From Haplodiscus bocki (taxonomy: Eukaryota), in NCBI GenBank assembly GCA_965655095.1, contig OZ296650.1:58528001-58592000 (forward strand): a stretch of DNA of 64,000 nucleotides, read 5' to 3'. Position numbers and translations under genes: made by a program. The notes beneath the pieces are model-generated. The model saw only the letters and a list, made by a program, of their open reading frames with translations. It made no database searches and had not been told where the DNA came from. This document shows positions 38,281 through 52,299 of the stretch, piece after piece; the stretch's first letter is position 1, and the number at the start of each line of letters is the position of its first letter.

Positions 38281-39199
38281 TGAATAGGACCTATATCAAT
38301 CAAAAGACAATATTAAGGGAAAACGGAGAAGAATACAAGAGACCCTACCAATTTAGCTATCATTCAACACATCCAATAGGATTGGGTAAAAAAGACCAGA
38401 AGAATCATCCTTTGGTGCTTTTTTCAATTTTTTTACCTCTTGTGCTTTTGAATACAAAAAAGAAGTAAAAAACTGACAAACCAAATCACTGGGGTGATAA
38501 AGTACAAAAATTTAGCTTACTTTTAACGTATAAGTTTCACTCTGCAACTTTGCAATTATATTGGGGAGAAACCAATTTGAAATTGGAGTGTTTGTATTCA
38601 TTCATTCTGAGGATAAATTTTTTTTCTGTGAACTGGACCAGTTCAATGAAACTTTCAATTCAGTGATCTTAACAGGGAACACCCTTTGTAGAATCCCGTT
38701 GAAAAAAAATCATTGGCACAAGGCAGAAAAACAGTTTCACCACCAAATTCAAATGATACAGAGAAATCTTCCCTTTGTCTCTTGCATTCAAGTCTCTCCC
38801 CCCCCCCCCAAAAAAAAAGTTTTTTTTTCGAAGCAGAAAGTAGTTCAAAAACCCACGTATTATTTTTTTCCCAATCTCGTTTTTTAAAATCTCAGTAACA
38901 CGTGCTGATAAGCAGTCTCTGGGTAAGAAAAATTACCAACTGAGTGCTGAGAAGTATAATGAGCTTTGGTCAAAGACAATAAAACATTATGAAAAAGATG
39001 AGAGGAAAACAGTACCAAGAGATTTATGTCTCCGACAATGTAATTGCCCATGTTTTTTCTGTACTAAGCTTGTAGGTTTTAATGTACTTGTTCAACTGAT
39101 TTCAGAGTTTGACACATTAGCGTTAATTCAAGAAAATAGAAACAACCAAAAGCAGATGGAACAAAAAGGGTAACTCTAGAAAGAATATTTTCAATCAGT

Positions 39200-40520
39200 G
39201 AAGTTTGTTTTATTTCTTTTTGTAATCAGGAGAAAGTTCTATGTGAAAAACTAACCGCACAGTCATTTCTAAATGAAGTCAATTTTAAGCTCAGTTGGTC
39301 AGAGAACATCAGATAAGGTCAAACTGAGGTTATCCATCAGAACTGAAACTGACAGATTTGATTGTTAGTAACGCGGTAAAGCTCTGTTCTGGAATCTAGT
39401 TTTTTTAAACATTGAGTTGCAAGGTGATTGACTGTGTGAATCTATGTTTCATCTGTTGGCGCAAACAAAATGACTCTACTCTTTCCGAATCGATGGAAAT
39501 TAAAAACTTTTTTTTCGGAGACAAACTCTGCTCCCCCCTTCAAAAATCCTTCCTGAAAATTATCTCAGGTATAAGCAGAAAAAAACTACCGTCAGAACTT
39601 ATTCAAAATGCCCATGAGAAGTGGAGTTGCTCAAACGAACTATTCTCAAAGGTTTCACTACCACACTTGGTATTCACGCGTAAATCCAACTAAACCCATA
39701 TGGAAAAGGATCTCCAATAACAAACAAATGAAACGTTGAAAAATTGTTTTCCCTTACATCCTTTGAAAACATTATGCATTGAACATGAATGAACTCTCTT
39801 AAGTTTCTGCTCAGTTTGAGGAAAACAATTGATAATTATTGTCCAGGCTTGGAATGAAATGCTTTACATACCAATCAGAATTTTTTAAATCATATTTGCC
39901 GTAACGGTACCAGCTTTGTGAATGTTAACTTCAATATTGTTGTTCCTCCTCAGGGCGAAACTGTAGCCCAAGCAATATGTTGTTTTTTCTTGGCCAGCAA
40001 AATCATATTTATCTAACCGCGTAATCCGCGAAAAGTTTTCCTTTTTCATGCCTGTGTGTTGTCAACTGTAGTCGTGCACATGTTTGAGTATCAAATGGAA
40101 CTCTTACAACTTTTGTATCTTCACAGTTTACTATTATCCTGTGCATTAGTGTTATACTGTGAAGATTGTTCACTTTCTAAAAGTGTATACCCGAACTTGA
40201 AAAAACATTTGCATTGCTAAAAAAAGCCCTAGCCCCATTAGCACTAAACTAAACACGCTACCATCAGCGTTAATTGTATCTTCAGTAATTTTTCGAACCA
40301 CATATTACTTTGCCACGAAAGTTTTGTATCGACTAGTTTAGGTGTCTTCACCAAATATTTTAATACTGACGTTTGTGCGCTTTATTGTTCACAGTTGAAA
40401 CACTACGTGGGAGTATCATATTGAATCGCCTTTGTAAGGTGAATTCGAGGAACAAATTTTTACTTTCCAAAGCAAATTTTCAGGAAAGTACTCATTTTAA
40501 AAAATTTTATCGAAAAAAAT
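39200..40520 (-). pseudogene. Probable major capsid (hexon-like) remnant
   Basis: Scattered motifs (SKNLFLEF, VRVPFD, terminal FDL) and Polinton context; very degenerate. Confidence 0.3.
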
Positions 40521-40639
40521 TCAACATCAAGTACAAAAGTTGTTTTCCAGATTTGCCTTTTATATATTTTACGTTTCAGAACCTTTTTCATCCGACAGAA
40601 AGAAAAGCTGCTTTTTTGGCTACTTTTTGACGTAGCAAA

Positions 40640-41560
40640 AGCAATTTATAAGATAGAAGAAAACACTAATTATAGACAACAAGAATGTTTAGAGTGTAAA
40701 ATGAACAGATACACTTGCAAAATCAGCTTTGAACAACAAATAGAACCCAAAGAAGAATGGATGAAGGGTGTCAACTGGTCAGAAACATATAACACCATTT
40801 AAAAAGTCAGAGAAAAAATATCCAGTGTGTTTTCGATAGGATTCACAAGTTTGAGCTAAAAGTCCCTCAACAGTGTTACAACAAATTGTTCTATTGTTTC
40901 AAGGTCAATCATCTTCACTCTTTTCATGAAAAAATTTTCAAAAATTGGGCAAAAACTCAAAATCTAGAAAAATTTGCAAGAAAGGTGAAATTAATTTCGA
41001 AGACGTTTTTATGGTAATTGAGAAGACACAATATAAAATTGATTCAATAGGTCTTAAAGACACCTCCTGTGATAATGAAGAAGATTATCAGGGGATGGAA
41101 CAACCACCAGGAACATATGAACTAGTTGATATGAACAATACCATTGTATCTCTGAAAGTATATGATAAATAACGATTCACAAAACTTCTCGCAGAATTTG
41201 TTCTTACAAGAATTTGATTACAAGCACATCTATTTTGAATGAAATCCGGAAAAATCACAACCTGTTGCACTCAATATTTCGCTCCCATCTCAAAAAATGG
41301 AAGTGAGAACAACCGCCCAATGCAGAAGGTTTTCTCACACAAAAAATGCTAATTGATAATGTGCGATTGATAATCGACGGCGACTATTTGCTCATTTTCT
41401 GAATGGGAATTATTCAGTGAATAGCAGCAAAATTGCCGTAAAACACGACTGAAGTAGTATGATTTCTCAAAATGTACAAAGTGTGAATTTTCAAGGCTTT
41501 TTGATAAAATGACATTAACTTTGTTTCAAAATCGCCATAGGTAGCAAATTTGCTCACAAT
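40640..41560 (+). pseudogene. Polinton penton/minor-capsid-like remnant
   Basis: FEQQIEPKEEWMKGV...ETYNTI (~F.PPI...WMxGL..LEVYNS); PPGTYELVDMNNTI. Confidence 0.55.
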
Positions 41561-42099
41561 GCGTACCAAAAGGTTTTGTTTGATGAAATTGTCTTTTCCA
41601 CACTACTAATGAGTTTTAGGCTAATCTTTGAAACAAAGGAAACAAAACAACCACTAGATAAATTGTTTCCGAACACTCATTCCTGATAAAATAGTTGCAG
41701 CAACAAATAAGTCCCATTCAAACGCTAAAACATTTTCAACCGTGATCTGGTCTCCGATTGGTTATTCATATTAGGCAAAAAGTTTAGTTTTCTCACGCCG
41801 GTTCCCAACGATCTGGTTGACCGTCTACAGTTACGGTGAAAAAACAGTTGTCTGGGAACGAAGATGAAGTAGTTGACCAAGAGGTAACAGCATTTACTGG
41901 CAAGTTACTGTAGTATAAAGGTAACCCAAAGGAACAACATGGAATTTTTATTCTGGGTTCAGATAATTTCGTGTTCAGCTAAAACTGAGCAAAATTAAGC
42001 TGAGTTCACTTTGGTTGAGTGAAAACTAAATCTTTCTTTCAAAAAACTTCCTTTCAGAAAGTTTTTTTTCAGTAAAGTTCTTTTAAAAACTTTCCTTTT

Positions 42100-42720
42100 G
42101 CAAAAATCTCATTTCGGGAGAGCTTCTTTTTGTAGATTATAATAATTCAACTAACCTTGATTTCCCAAAGAAAGAACATTTTCATAAAATTTTTTCGGAA
42201 GGCAGCTCAAGTGAAACAATTTCTTTTGAAGAAGTTTCATATGAATTTTTCTCGAACAAAGTGCTTAGAAGTTATAGACAAGAACTTCTACATCCACAAC
42301 TCACAATTCGATGCCAGACCTGCCCCAAAGAAGGTCTCCTAGGCCAGTTCACGAATTGCGAAAAGAAGTTTACGACTTTTGAAAATAATGATTGAACCAA
42401 GAGATGCATTTTGAATAGGAATTCCTAATATTGACATGTGCTGAAAAAAAATCAGATGATGTTTCTTACTTTTTTTAACAACTGAGAGAAGAATTGGTTA
42501 CTGATCATAACACATTAGGATAGGAAATGGATAAAATTGAAAGGAACTTGTTCCAGGAGTGCATACTTCAAATTGTTATAACACTAATTTTAAACTGCAA
42601 ATTTGTTGTTCAATTTATCTTTTGGTCGGTCTACTTCAAATCAATCTTTGTTCCTTCAATGTTTTCTCTACAGAAGTTTTTGAACTCTCCATAGCATATC
42701 TCAAAACAAGGTAAACCTTC
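42100..42720 (-). pseudogene. Possible second packaging ATPase remnant
   Basis: KSKKHH (~GRH) and SIIIFKS (~IVLFKS) in expected spacing. Confidence 0.35.
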
Positions 42721-43289
42721 ATGAAGGATTTCAATTTTTGTTGGCGATTGTTGAATTAAATAAAAGGTCCACTATTAGTCCCGATAGTTCATTTAGGGGG
42801 ATCAAAACATGACCCAGTTGAGTATTAAACAGTTGAATCTTCATCACTAAACCTTTTTTCAATAAACTTGAATCTCATGAATTCTGATTGAAATCAAGCA
42901 TATCCACTCAGATAACTAAAGAGCTTCTGCTTTCAGGGTCATTAAAATCATCTACGCCCCTTCTTTTACGTTTTTTTATAGAGATTGAAAAAAAACTACT
43001 TTGTGAGAGAACCTATTATCTTCCACTGTATCTTTTGTAAACGGTTCTGGAGATCATATTTTTTTCTTGATTGCTGTTAGGGTTTTTTAGCCTCCATTAG
43101 TGGTTGTCTGTTCATCAACAAAAAGTTTCAATAGCAAGTATGAACCATCGAATTTCTGTAAAACTTTTCATCTTTTCCTTTTTCTTCTTTTTTTTTTCTT
43201 ATTTTTGAACGAAAGCATCCACTTTCTGATAGATTTTCATTTAGAAAACGTGAAATAGATTCTCCAATTTATTAAATTTTCCTCCGCAA

Positions 43290-43870
43290 AAAAATCTTTA
43301 GTACGTGGCTATGAAAAAATGTTCAATTGATATGTGAAAAAAAATCACATTAAATCTTTTCCTTGAAAAACCTCAAAAATCACATTAAAACTAAAAAGTT
43401 CATTGGTAGCCTGAGCTTTGAAAGTTTTCGTTCCAGCAGTACATATCCTAAACGTTTCCCATTCAGCGCAAATCTCTCCAGGTATATCACAGCACAAAAA
43501 AGTACTATTTCACAGGAATTATTTTAGTGTCGTCTTTAGTGATCATTTGGCTTATAAGTGTTCAGTATGATTCTATACATCGCATCACCAAATTATTAAA
43601 AGAGACTAAATAAAAAAAGTAATGTAAGCCCTCTGAACTCTTGAACACTTAAAAATAAAGACAGAAATCTTTACCATAAAAAAATTTACTGTTTTGAAAT
43701 TGCTCTCAGTGAATTTACAAAATTTCTGATGCTCAGCGGTTAAAAAGAGCAAAGACTTTTTTCAAGTTTTCTTTTGAAGTTTTCCTGACCCCAAGTAAAA
43801 CTTACTACAAAAGTGATCGCAATCCAGATCTTCTCATTGATAGACTATTTTTCAGTTTGTATACTGAATG
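43290..43870 (-). pseudogene. Polinton rve integrase #3 remnant
   Basis: SFTWGQENF (~S.GG...L), W*CD, TKTFKA and HSHVLKIF-like DRGxEF region in integrase order. Confidence 0.4.
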
Positions 43871-45729
43871 ACACGTTTTCTTTCAGAAAAGTGGACAAAA
43901 ACACTAAATATGCATGGACTTTACACATTCGAGACAAACATCGAGACACGAATCAAGAAAAAACTAACACATCAAAGTAAGAGCCAGATAAAACTTGATC
44001 AGATGGAGGCTAAACAACTTCTATTGTTATCCGTTATCTTCCAAGATTTTCCCACGAAAATTCTTCTCTACAAAACGTGATCTTAAAGCTGTTGGCGTTG
44101 AAAATTCCAATACATTCGCTTTGGAACCTAAAAGAACTGATGTACATGCAAGGGGAAGCACGCTGGTTGTATCATACCGGCAAGGATGTCCTTGACTGGG
44201 TATAACGAAAATATGAACAGCATTAAAAAAATCACTCGGCTGAAACATCGAATGAATAGTAGAAAGGACAGAAGAAAACAAGTCACAAAACGCTGAATCA
44301 GAAAGCACACAAACAGAAACATCATATTTTTTTTTCGTCTGTTCCTTCTGCTCTTGGTTTGTCTATGCGTGACTATGTTAGCGTTTCTGAAAAACTTATT
44401 CTGTACAGCAAAGCTTGTACAAAAAAGTGGAACCGCAAAAAAACCAACCAAACCCCAGTAACATATATTAGAAGATAAAAACAAAGAAGTAATTCACGGA
44501 AGCAATCATCAACAAGGAATCTCGGGGATATGTTTTGATTTTACAACGAAAAACAAAGAAGTAGAAAGTATGCACACTTTTCACAGCATAGAATAATAGA
44601 AACCATTAGGGACCTTTGCCTAAATTTCACTAAAACAACTGGGATTTTCTTACTGTATCTTCTCTTTTACTTGCAATTTACAGTGGATAGGTTTTTGGTG
44701 TTTCGTTTTCTGCTTTGTTGTTTTGTTTTTCGTTCTGTGATGATTTCAGATTCCAGATCTGTTGCAAAAATCGTTAAACATGCTTTTTTTTCTCAGTTAC
44801 TGGGATTGCAATTTAATAACACAAATTTCGAACCGGTCTTTCAAAACCTATGAGCTGTGGAAAGCAAAGAATACACGTGAACAAAATGAGACATACAATC
44901 TTTCTAAGTGACTCAGATTTTTTGAGTTCGGTTCTCTCAATAAATGAACCTTCCAAAGATGATTTTGGTTTGATTAAGTTTGGGAAAGGGTGGTGGACAT
45001 CCATTTGAATTAGAAATGAAATTGATTGTGTGTAAAAACTAATATTTTTCTTTTGTTTGATGCAAAAAACCACCAAACAAGTAGGTGAAGAACTGTCATT
45101 TCATATATGAATGCCACATTTGACATCTAGTTCATCTATACCTTCTTGTGTTCTCAGATCTAAGGTGGCTCGCTCTTTATATTTATAATTTTTAAAAAAT
45201 TTTGTGGGGACCTCCTTGCTTATTTTTCATCTAGAAAACCCATTTTTTAATCTCAACACTTCTCATTGGATAGCTTTAATTGTAATTTCCTTCACTGAGA
45301 CTCGAAGCTGAATCTTGAATCAAAACAAAATATTGAGCCAACCGTTCCTGGATTTTAATTTGATTTTCTTGCTTTGATCTACTTTAACAATCCAAATGTT
45401 CGCTTCCACTGGTCTGGTTTATCAATCAGTGTTCTGAAAACAACTTCACTGTTCCATTCGATAACATTTTTCGTTGGACTAAAGTTTTTCATTTTGAACA
45501 CGCACAGAAACTCCTTCCAAGAAGTTAGGTTTTTAATGTTAAAAGTAGAACTGTTCCGGATTTAGTCTTTTCGGTGATCTTTTAAGGGCTTTCGCAATAA
45601 CGCTCAGTTTTTTCTCAAGTAAAATGATTTTTTCAAAACGCTAAATTTCGAAATTCTTAGGGCCTTGCGATAGCGAGGGATTGTTTGTTTCAGGTGTTGG
45701 AGGGCTTGTTTCTGGTTTCTTGTTTCTTT

Positions 45730-45975
45730 TATGAGGGTGCGTTAAAAATTTGTGGCTTCACTCACTACGCGTTACACAATTTGAATTACGGAATTTGAAC
45801 TAGACGTTTTGATTTAAAACTTCAGCGCAAACTATACAAGTTGGTTCTCCATGAGATCCCGGTTTTTTTGGAGGAACTTCACAAAGTTAAAGAAAAAACG
45901 TGAACAATTACTTGGAGGTTTCAAAAAACTTCCCAACTGGACTGAAGCGTTTAATATACATATGCTTTGCTGCCC
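45730..45975 (+). repeat. Third, diverged homolog of the inverted-arm sequence (20949-21155)
   Basis: atgagggtgcgt..., ctccat.ag..tccggt.ttttt, aacaattacttggag....caaaa.a.ttcccaa.tgga are shared. Confidence 0.8.
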
Positions 45976-46059
45976 GGTTCGAAATTTTGGCCCAAACCTT
46001 TCCGGTAAAAGGGCGTTAACGGTCAAAATTAGCCACTGTATCTGTAACTAACAGGAAGA

Positions 46060-46160
46060 AGAGCGGCGATAACAGCGTTTAACCGGAAAAACATTAGCCT
46101 GAACGGCGTTCAAACTGAAAAATAGCGGCGCTAAGGGTGTTTAACCGGAAAAACGGGGCG
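46060..46160 (+). repeat. GC-rich ~31-bp minisatellite related to 15975-16037, in opposite orientation
   Basis: agcggcgataacagcgtttaaccggaaaaac / agcggcgctaagggtgtttaaccggaaaaac, spaced 62 bp. Confidence 0.7.
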
Positions 46161-47664
46161 TATTTTCAGAAAAGTCCAATCTGGGTGGTTCTTCCCCTAG
46201 TGCCATTATTTGTTATGATGCTCAGTTCACAATAAACTTTGAATAACACAATTTTAGCAAAAAGAGCTTCATATTTGACTAACTTATCGAAATGGTAGGT
46301 TTTCTAGGCTGAGCTAACTTCGAAAATCATCCACGATGCGTCCATGGCTCATAGCTTGGCTTGCCAAGAAACATTCCATGATCAAAGAAATGTACCCGAG
46401 AGCCATGGTTCATCTTGGATCACATTCAATGAATCATGGATTATGATCATGGACCGTTCTCAAACTAAGATCCCCAACCTTTGTCACAATTGCGATTTCA
46501 CATCAATTTCCAGTGAGGTTTGTATCAACTTTGAGCTAATAGAAAGACAGCATTTCAGTGGTTACTGAAACAGTTATGCTGAATAACCACACTGTTACCG
46601 TTGCATTATTCAATCCCTTTAGAAGTTTGTCCTATCAGCTTAAAAATTGTTGCAAAGGAGACCTCAAGGTGATACATTTGCAACACGCGTCTCAGAAATT
46701 GAAGACGTTTGCATTGGTTAAAAAATCTGAAGTGACCAAACATGGAATTTTGAGACATGCTGAGAACAACGCGTAAAAACATAAAAGCGGTCAAGTCCGA
46801 GCCCGGGCTCCCTTCAAAGAGACTAGACGGATAAAATTGGGGATAGTCAGTAGCTAAGCCCCAAAAATATAAAACATCATCCCGCCATCTTTTGATATTG
46901 AGTTCTTTCGACGTTATTTTACCCTATCCTCAAGAAAAAGCGTTTTCCAGTCAAGAATAAACCTTCAGTGATGCAGGGGAAGAGGTCAGGAGCATTCTTA
47001 CGTAATAAATTTAGGTCCCTCTAACTTAGAGGTTAAGCTTGATAGTCAAATCATGATACTATTAAAAATCTTGAACATTTAGCACTCCTCTATGGAACCC
47101 GAAACGGAAAGCCAGACACCTAATTTGCGGAACTAACGCAACTGAGATTTTTCCGTTCCCCAGAAGTAGATTGTTTGTCGTTCCCAACTGTTAAGAGTTT
47201 GCTGTGGGTTTCTATATCAACAATATTTTTTTTTGGCGACCACAGATGCATCAGAGAGTAGCCCTGACCCGGAAGTGGATTATGGAAGACCGTGGATTTT
47301 TCCTTAGAGAACTTGGAACTTAGTATTGGAGACTGTTATCCCATTTTTGAGGTTCTGAGGTCGCGAAAACTTTACTGATTATCTCGTTGCACACATTTTG
47401 GTGGCTGAGAAAGAAATCAAACTTTTTTTGAAGACAAGTTTGAAAAAATTTCCACCGCTTTCGATACTTTCAGAGTGTTTTCTTTTTTCGGGAACCGTTT
47501 TTGTCTTGAAAATACACAATTATCGCTAAATAAATTGAATTAATTTTATTTCTTTAAGGTGGGTGTCCCCTTGCCAACAGACTTAGTCCCTCAGCAATCT
47601 AGTTCAACTATAGTGTTGTTGAATGGAGTACATAGTTGGACATACATACATAAAAAGCACTCCA

Positions 47665-47850
47665 ATGCGTTCCTACTGCCTGTAATTCTGGTACAAATCT
47701 GTAGGAGACCACAGAAACTCATATGATTCAATTACCTGCCAGTCCAGTTGAAACGGAATCTGATGCGTTCCTATTGCCTGTATTTCTGGTACAAATCTGT
47801 AGGACCCCAATCAAACTCTTTAGATTCAATTAGCTGCCTGTCCAGTTAAG
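47665..47850. repeat. 98-bp tandem duplication, possibly within an LTR
   Basis: atgcgttccta.tgcctgta.ttctggtacaaatctgtagga... at 47665 and 47763. Confidence 0.9.
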
Positions 47851-48199
47851 TGCTCATCGCCAAAGGAAGTATCAGTATCCACCTAAATAGTTCTCATTTC
47901 TTCTATGAAAACTAACCGCAGGACTTTTGAGGTCACAGCGAGTAACAGGAAAAACGGAAGGCCAAAATAGAGTTGAAATTAACAAAAACAGCCAAAAAAT
48001 TGCTGAGAAATAAATATCACAATGAAGAAATTTTGCAAGAAACTTAAAACCGTCCCATTGAACGCAAAACTTGGCAGTTCAAGCGTCCCAAGCAGGCCTT
48101 GGCGAAACTTCAGTACCCTGAAAATTCTCCGCACAAGTCATATTAAGAGTTCTTTTCCGCTAAATTCTTTTTTTTTCAGTTCATGTTCTTCCCAATTAA

Positions 48200-50980
48200 C
48201 TTTTCAATTTTGATGCCATTATCCGGACATCCATTCAGCGGTTTCCGCTTTTTCTCCGATCCTCCGGACTCTTTGCCACCCGTGTTTGGCTAACGAATTG
48301 AATTTGAGCAGTTTTTAGGATGCAAAACGTAGCAAAACTAGCCAGTCCATGAAAGTTTTCTAGAGATCGAGGGGTTACAGGACTGGGTTTGAAAAAGATG
48401 TTCAGACCCAGCAAAGGATAGATCAAACTTCAAAGGATTGCCAATCAAACGCTTCCCATGAAATTTTCAGAACAAATGTACCATTCCCTGACAAATTAGA
48501 TTCAATTATGTTGAAATACAGCCTTCTAAGAGGTTCGAGACAGCTAGAATGAATTATCAAACCAAAGTCTTTCTGGAGACGAATTCCCGCAATCTCAGAT
48601 ACTTTTCACCTGGAACACCAAATTTCGAGCTTGTACTGTAATTTTCACTCAAAATGAACAACTATTTGACAACTTTGCAATCAATTTTCAACAGTTTAGA
48701 AGTTTAGAGAGCCGCATGTTGAAGCATCCATTCGGCGATTTGGTTGAGCACAACGGCCTATTTTCAGACTCTAGCACCAACTCATTTAACTTGGATCAGA
48801 ACTTGATTGTTTGATTCACAAAAACAGGGAAAGCGTCTCACTAATCGAGCATTTCCCTACCTAGAAAAAGTTGAAATACCTCAAAAACTAACCAATTCTC
48901 GCTTCAACTTTTCAAATGTAGTTTTCCGGAACGAAAAAAAGCAACCACTGCCGTTTGAGCGAAAGATTGCTCAGCCAAAACTGGGTGCCAATGCTGAGCT
49001 TGCACACCATTATGCACGCCATGTGGAGTAGCTCTGACGAACTTTGTGGTGTTATCAGTAACTTTACCATCCTCCTTGTTAATTTCCAAACTGTGTCAGC
49101 AAAAGTGAAATGTAGATTTATCTCTGAGGCGCCCTCAGCTTACCCATCATCATAACTATGCTACCCTCGGCTATTGTTTTCAAACATTCTTGAACCCAAA
49201 AACCCACTCAGAAAGAGTGAATTGCCAAAAGCTTAGTTAACAATGCCCTCTTTTGAACCTTTCGATATCACCGATTTCAATGAAAAAAGTCAATGAGAGA
49301 ATTGAGAATTGAGTGAACCAAAATCACCGAGGGTTTGTCAACCTGAAGCGTTCTCTTCGGGCTATTTTGAGCTAGATCGCAGCAATATTCACACCCATTG
49401 GTGATTTAATATGAATTTTTATCAAACATCAGCCATTTGTCAACATTTCGAGCACCGGATGAGAAGCCATTTCTCCGGAAGGTCTCAAAAGGCGTAGTTT
49501 CTGAATTTAATCTGCTACCACAAGACAATTACCTTTTGGTCAGCATTCAACCAATGGAAGCGATTCGTGATTGTGTAAAACTTCATTGACCAGAGGTATC
49601 AAAGTCAGTGAAATTGGCCCAAAGTTCAAAAAAGCTTTCGTTAGTGGATCTCCGCCGTCATTTTGTAGTCAAAGCTACTAATAAAAGGTAACAACACCGA
49701 GCTCCGGAGTTCTTGGTTGCCAAAAACGAGCAGAACAACAACAAGCGGGCGATGCTCTAAGAGTTTTACACGTAAATTTGGCAGCTTTGCCAACCTCATT
49801 TCAAATGAGGGAGCATTAAGACCAAATTTAGGAACACATCATTTACCTTCAACAGGTCAAGAAGCACAAGCTGCAAGCTCTAGTAAACATCAGGCGTACT
49901 TTACGGAGATTTTGGGACACAAGATTGAGAACTAAAGTCAAAAGTGTCAACGTCATCCTTTATATGGTCTTCACTCTGTCAATACACATTTTCGGAAGTA
50001 AATTCAAGACCCTAACCTATGCCACATTATGCCGTGGTGGAACAAAAATCCAATGGCAGGCGAAAACAGAAGGAACTCAAGGCTCAACTGTTGACACTTT
50101 TTCACCTTTGGTTTCCATCATGAGAAGTTAGAAGATGATCAGGGCGTCTCAAAAAGGAACCAAACAATTCAACTTGTCAATAGACTACCAAATTTTTAGT
50201 GCGAACAGGAATACGCCAACGCGGATACGCACAGGTTTGCTACCAACTGCAACAAAATTCGGACTGACGAGCTTTGTAGGACAATCAAGAGAAGTCTTGA
50301 TTGTCTTCTAAAAAGAAGTGGCTTGAAACTTCAACCCACGGCTATCCAAGAAACCCAATGTGGAAAAGGAGGAATTTAATACAGACAAGAAACAGGTCAC
50401 CAGAATTCTCCAACCGCCTGGCGATCACAAAGTTAAAATGTGTATAGTGATCAATTATTGGGCAGATGAATAGAGAGACTTCGTTTTGAACAAATCCGAA
50501 ACATGATCAAAGAGCCCGAATAAATCCTCCAACTTTCGATATGAAAGCTGAGAGTTGGTGCCAGCCGAAAGCAAAAGAAAAACTCTTCAGCCCCTCAAGG
50601 GTTAGGATTTGGAGAATCCATTGCACATACTTGAAGGATTGTTGAGGGGACTAGAGAAAAAAGGGTACCGGGGATGAGAACTAGAAATTGGTCGCCAAGA
50701 AAAACTGTAGAAACATGGCGGGAGTCCAAAACGAGGACCTGCACCGGATCTTTGCAATCAAACAAGTTGAAGAACGCTACCTGGAAAACCAACTTGCAGT
50801 AAAAATCTCGAGATACTTTGCTCAGGAGGTCCTTAACAGAAAGAATACACAGAGAGAGCAACAAAACCTCTGCGCTACAATGCCAAACAACCAGCAACTA
50901 GGGCTCTTAACAAAGCAACACCCGAAGCCTGAGCTGGAGCCAATCAAGCATCCAGACAATTTTGAAAAGTATGCGATCTG
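48200..50980 (+). pseudogene. Decayed Gypsy pol (RT-RNase H-integrase)
   Basis: LAHHYA (~P.LAHY); RFISEA (~SRFLxxAE); ALRPNLGT (~IRTDxGT); RNTP...TGLLP...FG (~RxTP..TGxSP..FGR). Confidence 0.6.
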
Positions 50981-52299
50981 ACTTGTATTTTAGATCAAAT
51001 GCTAGTATGCCTTTAAGTTGAAAGTATCGCGAGGTTGCAAGCAACCTCGCACGTACAGCAAGCTGCCAAAGTGTTCCAATGTTTTCAATGCTGTGAGTGG
51101 CTTGGAAGTTAAATGAAACTCTGACAATAAGGAAGGAGAACAGAACGACAAAAGGGTCTTTGCCCACCAGGTTCAAAAAAAGTTAGCCATTTGAGCTCTG
51201 CTTCTACCAATTTTCCTCTGGACTACACAGAAACGATGCGAGCTCCGTAACAGAAAGGAAATGAAAGTGTCCACGAAATGCCACGTGCGGAAAACAACTA
51301 GAAACAAATATCAATTTTCATAACTGTTCAGAATGATCCCGTGTAAATTTGCTGGACTTGGAGTTGCATTGAACTAAACAAAGTGCTCCTTTCATTAGCA
51401 TATGGTTGCAACATTTCCATGGCTTTGAAGACGTCCTCTGAACGTCAATTGGCAGCCCGACTTACACGTCTACAACTAGAGAAACCAGAAAAAAAAATGA
51501 ATTTACATCCTCACAAGATCATGACTGAAGGGCAACAGAGGCCTCCACTGAGAGTGGCTGTCTTAGTGCGAGTATTGTAGTTATCAGGGCTTAAAACAGA
51601 ATCTATGGTGGGCGCAAGGCCACCTATAACAAGGAAATGAATCCAATATAAAAACAGTTATGTCGCTGGAGTTTCCAGATTTCAGATTTGCATCTCGAAA
51701 TTTCTCACAATGACCATGATCCAACATTCACAATGAATTTCTCAAAAAATCATCAACCCGTCGCTTTGCATTGTGTGATCGAAACTGGAGCTGTAGCATC
51801 AAAGAGAACGATCCTTTTTGATAGCAACTAGCATATAATGGCCCATACAACACCACATCTCAACATCGCAGCAGCTTTCCAATTTAGCATTCGCACCCTG
51901 AGAGTGGCGAAATGAGGATGGCTGTGGTGGCTGGAATTATACTACAAGCTGACTGTGTCATGATGGACAGCTTACTGTCAAGTGACCTCATTCTGGCAAG
52001 ATCACTGCTCAGACAATACGACGTAGGCAGACTTGAAAACAAGCAGTTGATCAGCAAGGTTCTTCATCTGGTATTCCATGTGGGACATACAAGAGCAGCA
52101 TTGTGTCCGTTCACGATCTTGTGGAGCATCGAACTTCAACAAAGAGAATCCAAAATAGGTAAAATGAAAGTGAAAACTAATCCATATTGAACTCATGTAC
52201 ATGAACTGATCCTAGGTACCAAGGGTGAACGCTTTGCTGAACATATTTTTGTTTTAACTCTTACTGTTCAGTTCAAACAATCAAAGTTTAGTTTGATTA

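Noticed and set aside
46799-46810. Perfect 12-bp palindrome GAGCCCGGGCTC
   Set aside because: Single short palindrome, probably a repeat-end hairpin, with no supporting context
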